Of a stretch of DNA of 64,000 nucleotides, positions 14,752 through 54,387 are shown one piece after another. Origin of the DNA: Chrysomallon squamiferum. Lineage: Eukaryota > Animalia > Mollusca. The notes beneath the pieces are model-generated. The model had not been told where the DNA came from and did not search any database. It saw nothing but the letters and a program-made list of their open reading frames with translations. Every line of letters begins with the position of its first letter. Positions within the stretch are counted from its first letter, which is position 1. The position numbers and the translations under genes were made by a program. The DNA lies in the NCBI GenBank assembly GCA_012295275.1, contig CM022675.1, forward strand, positions 1,302,001-1,366,000, in the 5' to 3' direction.

Positions 14752-15948
14752 GCCCTTGGATTTTCATACAAGATATACAAAGATGTTCTTTTATGGTTAA
14801 AACTTCAAGCGTAACAATATTTGTTACAAGTCATTATCGTTTCAATACAGTTAGATGTAAGTCACATCAACAGCTTGTAACGTTTATTTCATAAATGTCA
14901 TCATCATCTAAATACAACGTTCAATACATTTATTATACTTCATCTCCGTTACAGTTTTGTTTAAACTTCAAATACGTTACGTAGATATTTGATGTCTGCA
15001 TATATTTTTGTTCGTTATAAGTATTTAAGAATTATTTTTAGATTTTCTTTGTGTGTACAAACTCGCGGTTGTGTGTTTTGGTTGACGCGTGTGATTAATG
15101 TGTAATTCGAGGTTGTAAATTATTAAAACATGGCGATGTTTTCACATGTGACGTGTTTATTACGTCCAGAACGGGATAAAGGGATTACCAAGTTGAGTAC
15201 AAAGTTCTTACGATAAAACGTCGTTTGTATAAAAAAAAAAAAAAAAAAAAAAAAAAATTAAAATAAAGATTAAAGAAATAAATTGTAAAAACAAACAGAT
15301 TTTGTTTCTCATTCTTGTGAATAAAAAAGAAGAAAACAAAAAAAACAAAATGAAATAAAAAAAATAAAAATAAAGGAATGTTAGATTGTTTATTAGCGGC
15401 TTAAAGGTGACAAGGATCAGATTTCAAATTCACACTAATTTAACCCCATAACTGGAGTATTTCTCGCGCGGGCGGGGATGGTGGTGGGAGGGGGGCATAT
15501 TACGAAATGTGTACATGATCAGATATTCCGCTTCGGTTCGAACAAGACAAGTTTATATGTATAAGTTTACTGGTTATAAAGCGACTAAGATTTTGCCTTA
15601 CAGACTTACAGACCAGTTTGCACTAAGAAGTCAGGAGATCGTTACCTTTATCTGTGACGTCAGCAATTATAAAACTAATTAAATCTGTCATCATAAACCA
15701 GTGATTTATTTCTGTCATTCAGTGCAGCGTGGTCCTTCATATCTATCTATCTATCTATATATATATGTATGTGTGTGTTTGTGTGTGTGTTTGTTTGTTT
15801 GTGTCTGTGTGTTTATTTTAGCAGAAAAAAAATATTTTTAAAAAAAATAACGGATTTTGTCTAAGCGCGTGAAAGAAACAAATAAAATAAAGAAACTTAT
15901 AAATAATAACAATAAAATAAAATAAAATAAAAAGTAAAGAAAAGGAAA

Positions 15949-15987
<39 letters not shown>

Positions 15988-16637
15988 GAAGAAAGGAAAA
16001 GATCTAAACAGTCGACACAAAGACAAAAGGAAAACATGCTATTAACCGTAAATCACATTGTTGTGTTTACATAAAAATAAAACCTTAGACTGTTGACCTC
16101 TGTTATCAGTGACCTTCACCTTTCAGCAAGGAAAATATATCATGAAAATAAATTCTTACTTTATTAAAGATATTTCTGGTATTTCTGAGATTATCGTTAT
16201 GCGTTGTGTTTTGTTTAAATCTGTTTAGTGAAATAACAAGCTGGGATAAGACCAACCATTTCCTCTTTGCTTTCTGTACGTTAGTCAGGCTGCTAACAAT
16301 CTGACACAAGCTGGCTTTAGCCAAATCCCAAACTCCTCTTTTTATTTTGTTTTATTTCTTTATTTTCATTTCTTTCTTTCTTTATTTGTTGATTTATTTG
16401 TTTATTTGTTTGTTTGTTTATATATTTATTTATTTATTTATTTGTTTGTTTGTTTATTTGTTTATGTATTTCACTTTACTTATTTATATATTTGTTTATT
16501 CATTTAACGTATTTGTTTTTTGTTTCTTTGTTTATTTATTTATTTGTTTTGCTTCTTTGCTTCATTCTTTCGTTTCTGTTTTCTTTTCTTTTTTGTTTCA
16601 TTCTTACTTCTTACTATTTTTTTTACCTTTTTGCGTT

Positions 16638-16672
<35 letters not shown>

Positions 16673-17311
16673 TTTGAAATTTGAAATTTGAAATTTTTTA
16701 ATCTTTATTTTTAAACAATAAGATTCATTTCATCTGATAATTTATGGCGCCTGAACTCACAACTCTTCTCATTTGTTCGGTTTCAGGATCTGCATTTGAA
16801 TTAAACGGCTCTAAACGATTCCAGTGTTGACAGTTAAACATTTATAACTTTTCTCTGTTTACTTAGACTGTTTAATAAACGTTCACTCTTTAACACTGAA
16901 CCACTTCACACAAACCTCCTCGCTAACTTTATCTTTTCATTTGCTTTGTTGTGAGATCTCAAGACGAAATAAATGTCAACTGATTTTTTACAGATTAAAA
17001 CACACTGGAAGAGCTGACAGCCAGCTGCAGTTTGAGTACAGAGAATATTGTTTTAATGTGTGCACACAACCTTTCTTAAAGACAAAGTTTACGATATAAG
17101 GTCTCTCATGTTGCTATTCTTATTTTTGTTTCTGTTTTCGTGGTCGTCTTTTTATCATAGTCGTCATTATAATCACCATAATCATTATTATTATCGTCAT
17201 TATAATATCCATTATCATCGAAATGAATATAATAATAAAAATCATGATCTTGATGATAATCTTGTTGCTGCTGTTGTTGTTAATTAAATAGTTTCTGTAT
17301 TTTCAGGCAGA

Positions 17312-34534
<17,223 letters not shown>

Positions 34535-34654
34535 CTGTGACTCGGTGAAATCTGGTGCTTAGTAAAGTTAAATTTAACCGCAACAAGAATATGCAATATC
34601 AACTGTTATTACATCGTTTTGTGTGTGTTATATCAATCATTGTAGTAATATATC

Positions 34655-35025
34655 GATTTATAAATGTAATGTCAAGTATTAACACATCAGTTTATAAATG
34701 TAATATCAAGTATTAATACATCAGTTTATAAATGTAGTATCAAGTATTAATACATCAGTTTATAAATGTAATATCAACTATTAATACATCAGTTTATAAA
34801 TGTAATATCAAGTATTAACACATCAGTTTATAAATTTAATATCAAGTATTAATACATCATTTTATAAATGTAATATCAAGTATTAATACATCAGTTTATA
34901 AATGTAATATCAAGTATTAATACATCAGTTTATAAATGTAGTATCAAGTATTAATATATCAGTTTATAAATGTAATATCAAGTATTAATATATTAGTTTA
35001 TAAATGTAATATCAAGTATTAATAC
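34655..35025. repeat. 34-bp minisatellite (TCAGTTTATAAATGTAATATCAAGTATTAATACA), ~11 copies, in the probable contactin 3' UTR
   Basis: Unit starts at 34687 and 34721; the array begins ~120 nt after the stop codon. Confidence 0.9.
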
Positions 35026-35718
35026 GAAAGTTTTTCAATGCAGTATTACATATTATTACATGGTTATTATTTGATTTCTGATGTTCTTGGAAGCCAAAGT
35101 CAAACTGACGGTTTACTAAATGATTCAAAATTCAGGATACATTCGTATTAAATATTCACAAAATCTTTGTAACGTGACTATTTAATGGATAGTAGTACGT
35201 TTCTACTTTTTATCACATTTTTGTATTTTGGAATTTGTGATTCTGATTTCAAAATCTGTGCACTTTGTAACAAATGCCATATTTTGTAGAAAGGCTGCAT
35301 TTTGAAACTTTAAAAACAATCATTACTTAGTATATTTTAAAACATTTGTATTTACTTTTATAGGATATATCAAATTAATTATCATTAACTTTACACGATC
35401 ACCTATAATCGGAAATGTCATTAACACGTTAAAAACAACAACAGGGATTGAGATGCATGAAGGCATTTTTAAATTTGTCTTTCTGTTAGAAATTAACCGT
35501 GTTTATGTATTGTGTATGTATATCAGTGTATGTGTGTTTTGGTGTGTATGTCAGACATATAGATAGATAGAAAGAATGAGAGAGAGAGAGAAAAAAAATA
35601 ACGTCATTTATATATGATTTCAATCATAATTATAGCTTTATGTAAGTAATAACAGTTACTGATTTTTGGTTTATGATCAAGATTAACATACTGATTATTA
35701 CTATGCTTTATGTTTATG

Positions 35719-35791
<73 letters not shown>

Positions 35792-36268
35792 TACTACTAC
35801 TACTACTACTATTATTATATTTGTTTATAACACATACACCTTTCTTTATGAAAAACAAAATGAAATTTTATTAATATAACTCAAAATTACTGTATCTCTT
35901 CAACGAAAAATAAATATTTCTCTCTCGGGTATTGCTTTGAAAACTAATTTTATTTCGGTACTGAACTCTAGAATGAAATAGTGAGTGATAAAACAGATCA
36001 TAGTGTTGTAAGACACAAACTGTCAGAAATAAACTGCGAGTTATTTATATAACATCAGCTGTAGGTTGTTAGGAAGTTCTCTTCACTGGGTGAGAAGAAG
36101 AAGATAAAACAGGAACCGAGTTTCTTAATGTCTTGAGCTCCTTGTCGTATCGCAGTGTTTTACTTGTGTCTAGAGTAACTGGTTATTAAAACGTTATTTC
36201 CTGAATAATTGTTTGTAGGCAAAGATTTATACTATATATATACGTATATGTATATGTATGTTTATATG

Positions 36269-36321
<53 letters not shown>

Positions 36322-37638
36322 ATGTATATATGTATGTATATTTATATATGGGTATGTGTATGTATATGTCTGTGTACGTATGTATGTCTGTGCGTGTTTG
36401 CGTCTGTGTTTGCGAGTGTGTACAGATTATCATTTTAGTTTTTGTACAGTTTTATATATTACCGATATTAGTATATTACATTTTTAATAATTTTTCACAT
36501 ATTATATCTTAAAATTGTTTATATATACGTGTATGTTTGTAAAAATAAATAAATGATAAAATAAACAGTTTTATTTTTGTGGTATGAAACAAAACAAATT
36601 TTGGGCTGTGTAAGTAAACCATTAACCTTTTCTTCTGTTCTAGTTAACGGCTTATATCATGTATATAAAAATCTATACTTTGATCCTCTTTTTTTTTTCC
36701 TCGACCAGGGAAGGTAGATATGATAGATCCCTTCCTGCTAATCTCTAGGAAATGTTTTCAGTTTCTTTTCTTTGAGGTTATCGTTAGATGAAAACGCTTT
36801 TGTTTCTTTATGCTGAGTATTATTTAAAACTCTTGGTTATTGTTGGAGTTAAAGCCTGTCCCGAGGTGTGATAGAGCCAAAGTTCAATCCCGGAGAGAGG
36901 CTCTTTTTGATAACTGCAGTTTTAACAGATATGTTAAGACAACTTTCTATTCTTTTCTGTAGCGGTGATGTTAATATAAATATTCCTTTCTGCTAGTTGT
37001 AAAAAAACCCCCAAATCTCAATAATAATAATAATCAAATTAATTATTAAATTAAAATAAATTAGTAAATAAACAAACAAACAAATAAGCAAACAAACAAA
37101 CGAACCAACGAAAGAACAAACAAATAAATAAATAAATAAAAAAAAAACATAATAAATAAAATAAAATACTCCATTACAATGCAGTTTATTATCATATTCG
37201 TAAATATCATTCACATAGTTGTAAATAACCGTTCGTAAAAAAACAAAGTAAAATAAAATGTATAAATAAGTAAGTAAATAAATAAGCAAGTAAGTAAATA
37301 AGTAAGCAAGTAAGTAAATAAGTAAGCAAGTAAGTAAATAAGTAATTAAGTAAGTAAGTAAATTAATTAATTAAGTAGTAATGGTAGACGTGATAGTTAT
37401 AGTAGGAGAAGTAGTAACGACAATGATAATGACAACAACAGCAACAAAAATAACAGCAATATAGCAATATTAAAACAAAACAAAAGAAAATATTTTATTA
37501 ACTAAAATATTCATAACCCAATTTCCCTTGTAAACTGCTTTACTGTCAGTACTTTTATACATAATTTTAAAATCATTCACTAGACTGGTTTTGTAAATTC
37601 AAAAGTTGATAATAATAATAATATTAGTAGTAGTAGTA

Positions 37639-37697
<59 letters not shown>

Positions 37698-38569
37698 CAA
37701 TTAGTTTTAGTCCAAGGAAAATGACGTGTTAGAAGGGAAGCAACTGAGAAATATTTACTATTGATTAATATTATTATTCAAGGGAGACTATTTCAGTGAG
37801 TTTTGAGCAAATAATTAACTGAGTTGAGGATTAATGACGTGGAAGTAAACAGTATGACACAAGCTTACCAGAGTGGAAATGATTACACTGAAATTTCTAA
37901 TAAATACCCATTTACTTATTTTTGTATTTATTGATCTAAAATCTGACTGACGTATTTTTGCGTTCAAGAAAAAAGTTATCTTAAGTTTCACGAATTATTC
38001 GCTGGTATTTGCTGTAATGGATATAACAATACCAAAATTGATCTATACTCTCTCTCTCTCTCTCGAAAAAAAAAAAAAAATCAGAAACAAAATCGCATAA
38101 TGTTACAATCAAATAAAAGTTGTATACTGCAGTTATATAACTTAACAATGTTACATGGTAATGTTATTGAAAAGGCTAAAGATTATGCACACTAACTGCG
38201 TAACTATTTAAAATCATACATGGTACTTTCAGAACGGACTGAAGTTTATGTAAGATAGTTATTTGTCAAAAATCGTTTTTACAGTTATATTAAACACTGC
38301 ATGGATATATGAATACGGTAGTCACTTAACTGACTAAGAAATAAAAGGTGATGAATGGTAGTCTGACGTATACAGAAATATGATACACACTAAAGTGTAT
38401 GCACGGTTGTCGTGCAGTTGTCGAATGTTAGTAAGGTAATGTCGTGCTGGATTAAACTTTATGTCCGGTAGTTATTATCTGAAAAAAGATTAAAAAAAAC
38501 AAAACAAGAAAAACAAAAGATATATATATATATATGCCTTTATTTTTTAAATTACGGATGATGAATATT

Positions 38570-47509
<8,940 letters not shown>

Positions 47510-49651
47510 TGTTTTCAAATGTTTCTTTCTTCTGTCACCCAGTTTGCTGAAGCAATCTGCTCTGTCCTTGCATCCATAAAACACAGAAAACAGAAAATCA
47601 AGGAACAAAAGTTTAACGTGAAAAACCCCCTCAAAATCGACCTTTTGTAGAATACTAAGATCTATAACCAACTCAATGGACGCGAGATGAGATTTTTGTG
47701 AATAATTGAAGACAAATACGTTTAAAAAATATTTATTATTTATCACCGTGTATAGATTTCTAATTTCTCTTTGTTGTTTGCTGACATCTGACATCTGTGT
47801 TTTGAATGCCTGGCAGTTTGAGGAATTTCTTCTCAATTAAACAAAGTAAATTTTAAATGTAAAAAAGAATGAAAAGAATGGAGATTTCTTAACTGTAGAA
47901 GAATATAATATTGATCCCTGTATGCCTATATACGTGTGTGTCTGTGTCTCTCTGTGTGTGTCTGTGTGTGTATATATGTGTGTGTGTCTGTGTGTGTGTA
48001 TGTGTCTAGGTGCGTATGTGTGTTTTGTTTAGACATATCCTGATATTATGAATAAACATGTTTTTTTCGTCTGCTGGAATTAATTTCTTAGACAAATCAC
48101 TAATGTTTGCTTTCTGTCACTAAGAGCCATTTTTGCCATTTTTCCTCTTTTCTTCCAGGTCCAGTTTCTCCTTCTCATTCTGTTTCTGTGAAGCTGGGAC
48201 GTTCATGAACCAAGTTAAAGCATGTTTCTCTCTCAGGCTGTGGTAACCGCTTTCTTCCTTTAATGGGAATCGTCAGACCAGAAAATAATCTTGTACTGTT
48301 CAGTTTTGACAGAAACATCAAACTTTCTAACACGTTTACATTCCTGTTAGCTGCAATAAGCTTAACTTACATTTATTATTTTTTAATATCGAAAATTAAG
48401 GTATCTGAAATATTAATTAATGACATCTGTGAGAAATCAGCTGTTGATGCTATCACAATGGTTTAGTGCTCTTAGTGAACTCTATTCTGTTGTTTTATTG
48501 CTGTTGTTTTTATCGATCGTGTTATTGTTGCTCTTGTTGTCGTTGTTGTCGTTGTAATTATTACCATCATCATCATTGTTATTGTCACTGTTGTATTGAT
48601 TGCTCCTTTTATTACTAATTCTTATCGTCATATTATTATAGTAGTAGTAGTTGTAGTAGTAGTAGCAGTATTGGCAGTATTAGCAGTAGTAGTAATAGTA
48701 GTGGTAGTAGAACAAGTAGGAGCATTAGTATTAGTAGTTGTAACAGTTGTAGTAGCAGTTGTAATAGTGTAATTATACAATCTATGGAAGTTGTAGAAGT
48801 GTAATTATACAATCTATGGAAACAAATTATTTAACGATTATTTATTTTGTCTTTTTTTTCTTTCTTTTTTTTGTAGAAGTCCGTTTGTGATATTTAAAAC
48901 AGAGGAATTTCTGCGTATTGAAGATTAACAGAAAAACATATTGATTTATGAAATTTAACCCGTTTTGTGAATAAATATTTGATTAGCTGGAAATGGCAGC
49001 CGAGGATTTGTAGAATCATTTCTTAAAACGTTTTTGCTTTGTATGTGTTTCTTCTTTAAGACAAACGTTTATAATATTGTAAACTGCTTTATTTTTCCTG
49101 ATGTTTCCACTCACGTTCAAATTGTTTTCTTTGTCTAAGTGTGGAAGGACTGTCTGGGGCTGATGCAGTGTGGTTTCTAGGTGGGTTTTTTTCTGTTAGA
49201 AGAATCAGAAAGTTAGCTATAGAGAAGTAGGAATTATGAAAGGTTTTCGTGCACGTATATAAAGTACTCGAAGAATTAGTAAAGTGATTTAATCATCAGA
49301 GAGAAAAACTGACCAATTGTTGGTCGCCGAATCATTCTTCTTCGTTCCACTAGTCTAACCCTGATTCCTCTTCTGTAAGAAACTTGATAGTTATGAAAGA
49401 TTCATCGCCACTAAGTGAAAAATATGACTCGCAGACTGGCGGCAGCTGCTTCCGCTGAATAATAACAGTAACAAAACGAATACAACATTTGTATTGCTTT
49501 TATTATTAATATTTTTTTCGTTCCGTTTTTTCCATCCGTCGTAGATGACGACTGCAATTATGGTGATAATGTTAAAAGAGTGAGTAAGAGAGAAAGACAA
49601 TACGACAAAGACAAAAAAATGCAGATATAGAGACATATGCAGAATAAGAGA

Positions 49652-49830
<179 letters not shown>

Positions 49831-49861
49831 ATACGAATTATTTTTATCATTATTATTATTA

Positions 49862-49906
<45 letters not shown>

Positions 49907-50439
49907 AAAAGAGAGTAAGAAAGAAACAAAAACAAAATCTAAGTAAGGGCAAAAACACATTCCTGTATCCGGATCCTTCAGTTTCTATCTTTGCTGTTGT
50001 CATGGATACCATTCGTTTTTCTTTGTCTGGAAGGTCAAAAATAAGAAATGTGAAACTTGAAGCAATTTTTCAGCATAAAATATTTACGTGTCTGCAGAGG
50101 TGATTCAAATCTTTAATATTTTTTTTTGTCAGTAGTTCAGAGCTTGGCAGGTAAGTTTTTAAAATACAAACATACTTACCCATACATACATACGTACATA
50201 CGTACATACACACATTTACATATACATTATACATACACACATACTTACGAGATACGGACATGCCTATCTACCTACCAACCTACCTATCTACACACATACA
50301 TGCAAATATCCATACAGACACATACGAAAAAGACAGATACACAAATATGTACGTACATACGTCTGTGCACACGTACATGCACTACATATCTATACGTGCA
50401 CATATACAATCATATACAATTTTCTATTATATTAAGTAA

Positions 50440-50765
50440 TGTTAGAGTAAGGGTTAGGGTTTGGGTTAGGGTTAGGATTAGGTTTAAGGTTAGGGTTAGG
50501 GTTAGGGTTAGGGTTAGGGTTAGGGTTAAGGTTAGGGTTAGGGTTAGGGTTAGTGTTAGTGTTAGGGTTAGGGTTAGCGTTAGGGTTAGGGTTATGGTTA
50601 TGGTTATGGTTAGGGTTAGGGTTAGTGTTAGGGTTAGGGTTAGGGTTAGGGTGTTAGGTTAGGATTAGGTTTAGGTTTAGGTTTAGGTTTAGGGTTAGGG
50701 TTAAGTGTTAGGGTTAAGGAAAACATTAGAATTATGTTTAGGATTAGGTTTAGGGTTAGGATCAG
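50440..50765 (+). repeat. Interstitial telomere-like repeat (TTAGGG)n with variant units
   Basis: About 50 hexamers: TTAGGG mixed with TTAAGG, TTAGTG, TTATGG, TTTAGG. Confidence 0.92.
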
Positions 50766-51256
50766 TGTTAGATTTAATTATCTATTTAAATGTAGGAAAT
50801 TGTCGTATACAATTTGAAAATTGTTATGATGTGTGTTGGGATCAAATTGAAAAAGTTTTGTTTTTGAAAAATTTACTCTTATGATAATGTTTAAAATGTT
50901 ATTATTTTAATAAAACGTTAATTTATCATATTGTTTTATTGTTCTAAATTGGGAAAGTTAACGATAATATTCAAAATAATTTCATTTTAATAAAACGTTA
51001 ATTTATGATATTTAATACAAACACACACATACAACACACACACATATGTAAACACACTTATATTTATTTATTTTATATTGCTGTTTTATTTATTTATTTA
51101 CTTATTTATTTACTTACTTTTACTTATTTTATTTAATGTTATCATCATTTGTCAATACTTTTTTTCTACTTTTTTTTCCAGATCAGCTAGAAGAGAAAAG
51201 AAGAAAATCGAAAGTCGAAGAAAAATATAAAATAGAGAGTCCCTCATTCCAGCGAA

Positions 51257-52132
51257 ATGTATAAGAAGGATGTAGCTACCCAAACAGGAATTCATTTGTT
51301 ATTAGATTACGTTAATTATTTGGTGAAAAGTGACGTCATAAGTATTCAAGATGGCGAGGTTATATTAAATCTTGCTTCCGCTTTGAATCATACAAACAGA
51401 TGTTATGGTTTGAAACAAGTTCGCAAGCACCAGTTACATGACGTCACTTCACGTGCTACGAGTCAGGATGCAAATCCGCCGGTTGACACATTTTCTGTCA
51501 GTAGTAACCATGGCAACAAAACTGAATTTGAGCAAATGCAGACTGAAAACGAAAAGTGCGATTCAAATCGTTTATCGTTCAAGAAAATGATCATCACTAG
51601 AAAGAAAACTATCCTGTCTAGTAAGAGCATCAAAGGGAAGCAACCCTTGTTAAACGTCGATCAAATTACGGATTCAAGGGAGACAACAAAACATCACAAA
51701 ACAGATATTCAAGAAAGAAGATCTCGGCTTTTCCGTTCCGGAAAACCAGATGCATTTCCGTCTTTAAACAACGAACTTTCCCAATTTTCCGGAGTCACCG
51801 GAACTGACGATTCTGAACTTGAGACGAAAGACAATAAAAAAATAAACTTCATTTCGTCAAACAGACAAGAGACGGAATTTTTCAAACCAGAGACAAGATA
51901 TCTAAAAGTTAAGACAAACAGCAGATTAATCAACGCCTTGTTAAACGGGTCGAAAGAGCAACAGAGACTTGTTCGAATTTACTCAAACAACTCTTTACTT
52001 TGTCCAAAGAAACCGAAACCGGTTCCACCTTCGACAGTAACCGAAGTATCGAGATACAGATGCAGAATTTGTCACAAAGGTTTTAAGTGGATGTCAGACT
52101 ACTTCACTCACCAGATGGCGTGCTATAAATAA
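51257..52132 (+). CDS. 291-aa protein with one C-terminal C2HC-type zinc finger
   Basis: Long non-repetitive ORF ending YRCRICHKGFKWMSDYFTHQMAC (C-x2-C-x3-F-x8-H-x3-C). Likely 5'-UTR intron 50151-51181 (CAG|GTAAGT … TTTTTTCCAG). Confidence 0.7.
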   Translation: MYKKDVATQTGIHLLLDYVNYLVKSDVISIQDGEVILNLASALNHTNRCYGLKQVRKHQLHDVTSRATSQDANPPVDTFSVSSNHGNKTEFEQMQTENEKCDSNRLSFKKMIITRKKTILSSKSIKGKQPLLNVDQITDSRETTKHHKTDIQERRSRLFRSGKPDAFPSLNNELSQFSGVTGTDDSELETKDNKKINFISSNRQETEFFKPETRYLKVKTNSRLINALLNGSKEQQRLVRIYSNNSLLCPKKPKPVPPSTVTEVSRYRCRICHKGFKWMSDYFTHQMACYK

Positions 52133-52337
52133 ATGTTTTATTCTCACTGGATTTCGGCGGGCGGATACAGAATAACAGTAAGGGGCAGAGTTTTATTACG
52201 TGGAAATATGTATTTATTTGTTGTATTTTTTTATTTACTTAATTTGTTTTCATTTTTTAAATTGTTTATTATTATTTATTTATTTTATTTTATTTTATTT
52301 TATTTTATTTATTATTATTATTATTTTTTTTACTTTT

Positions 52338-52369
<32 letters not shown>

Positions 52370-52823
52370 TTTTATTTTATTTTATTTTTTTTTTTTTTTT
52401 TATCAGCCGTAATTCTATTTCTTTTATAGTTGGCATTCTGTCGTTGTGGTAGTAGTGGTATTAATATCAGATGACGTAATAGCTGTAATACTTGGAGTAG
52501 TACTTATTGTAAAAGTAGTTGCAATTATTATTATCAGATAACTATTGTAGTAGTAGCAGTAGAATGGAGGTGATGGAGGTCGTAGTAGTATTAGTATTAG
52601 TTGTAGTAATTGTATTACGTGACGTAGTAATAGTATTACTTGTTTTGGTGGGGTACAAATCAAGGTAGTAGTAATAGTAGTTACATTATTATATTTCATT
52701 AACTATATGTTTGACAAAATCATCTTTTGTTTCTTTTATTTTTTTATTTTTTATTTTTTGTTTTTTTGTATCGTTGTATCAATCTTATTCAACTGAACTC
52801 ACTTTAATGCCTAGCTTTATTAA

Positions 52824-52866
<43 letters not shown>

Positions 52867-52949
52867 TTTTTGTGTTACGGACGATCGCTAAATATTAATT
52901 TTACTGAGTAAATGAAATAAGAATAAACAATTAATAAATCATGATAGAA

Positions 52950-53123
52950 ATACAAATGGCGGCTCTCGGAGTTATCTCAATGCGACACCCCTCTAAAAAC
53001 ACCATACTTTGTGACGTCAGCCACATGACGTAATAATTCCAATTATTTAATTGAACGTGTTAGGGGAACGCATACTCTAAACACGTTTCTGTTTTTTCTT
53101 GTTTTTCTTGTTTTTAACTTTTG
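52950..53123 (+). promoter_or_regulatory. Candidate promoter and non-coding exon 1 of GPCR copy 1
   Basis: TGACGTCA at 53012 and TGACGTAA at 53026; donor AACTTTTG|GTGAGT at 53123/53124; matching acceptor TTTTCAG at 54033 upstream of the ATG. Confidence 0.45.
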
Positions 53124-53488
53124 GTGAGTTGATTTTACTTCTTCCTTTCCAGTATTTGTTTTAGTGTGCCTTGTTAGCGAATGACAGCATTTTAAAATCG
53201 AAGAAGAGAGGCGAAAGCTTCCAGTAGTTTTCTTTCGAGAAGGCCTGTTTTGAGAGAGAGGTAGCCTGATAGTGACTTTTCTGTTTTTAAATATATTACA
53301 GCAAATGACAATTATGACTTTGGCCAGAGTAAGTCAGCTGAGTGCGACTTCATCTCACTGTCTCTGACTGATGGAGGGTTGGGGTCTGTTACATTTCCCC
53401 GTATTCGTAATCTTATTAAGCTCATATTTTCAGTAAAACAAGAAAACGTTTGAATAATAACAGCAACGACAATAGCAAATATAATAAC

Positions 53489-53564
<76 letters not shown>

Positions 53565-54302
53565 CTAATACATTTTTTAAAATACTTGCTAATTTAATTT
53601 AATTTTATAAATATATCCTGCAGCTGAAACAGAATCGTCCCTGCCTGTGTATTTCTGTTACTTTCATTCTTTCTTACATCAACTTGTATTAGCATTACAC
53701 GGATCTACTAATACACCGAATTGTAATTAATAACCTTTGCCCTGCGCGTTCATCTGAATATTTTAATTAGCATAGTGTCTAGACCTTGAACTCTCTTTGA
53801 CGTCACAGAATATCTCCTGAACCTGACCTCTGTCAGTCAAAACAACCTTGACCTTACCTTCAATGTGCATACAGTAATAACTTAGGTCTGATAGTAAAAT
53901 TAACGACAACCTTCTTCGTCAACCGTTTTTAAATTTTATTTTATTTTATTTTATTTTATTTTATTTTGTTTGTTTATTTACTTATTTATTTATTTTTGAT
54001 TTACTTATTTTTTTTTTCTTTCTTAATTTTCAGATGAAATTGTTAAAGATATTCCTGAAATCAAGACAGAAATATTTATTATAAAAATGGAAGTTTGGAA
54101 GAAGGAATTCTTGGATGGCGTCCATCTTGAAATTCGATGATCTTAGTTAGCGCGATGCTTTACTGTTCATTACCTGAAAAGACTGAAACTATTTAAAACT
54201 TTCATTTTTGTCTAAGAAGGAAAACATTGGGAAATGAGATTCTTAAACTGTCACGTGACTTTTAGACGCAGAGGGACGACCTGAAACAGACACGTCAATT
54301 AG

Positions 54303-54334
<32 letters not shown>

Positions 54335-54387
54335 AAGAGGTACGTTCACACTGGTTGTAAACTCATCTAACGAACACGAACTGAATC

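Noticed and set aside
50005-50015. Alternative start exon ATG|GTATCC for the cadherin gene
   Set aside because: The donor is weak; 47509-47462 gives an in-phase start with a perfect GTAAGT donor much closer.
50440-50765. True telomere or chromosome end; RVRVRV ORF
   Set aside because: The tract is short, degenerate and flanked by genes on both sides; the ORF is just the repeat translated.
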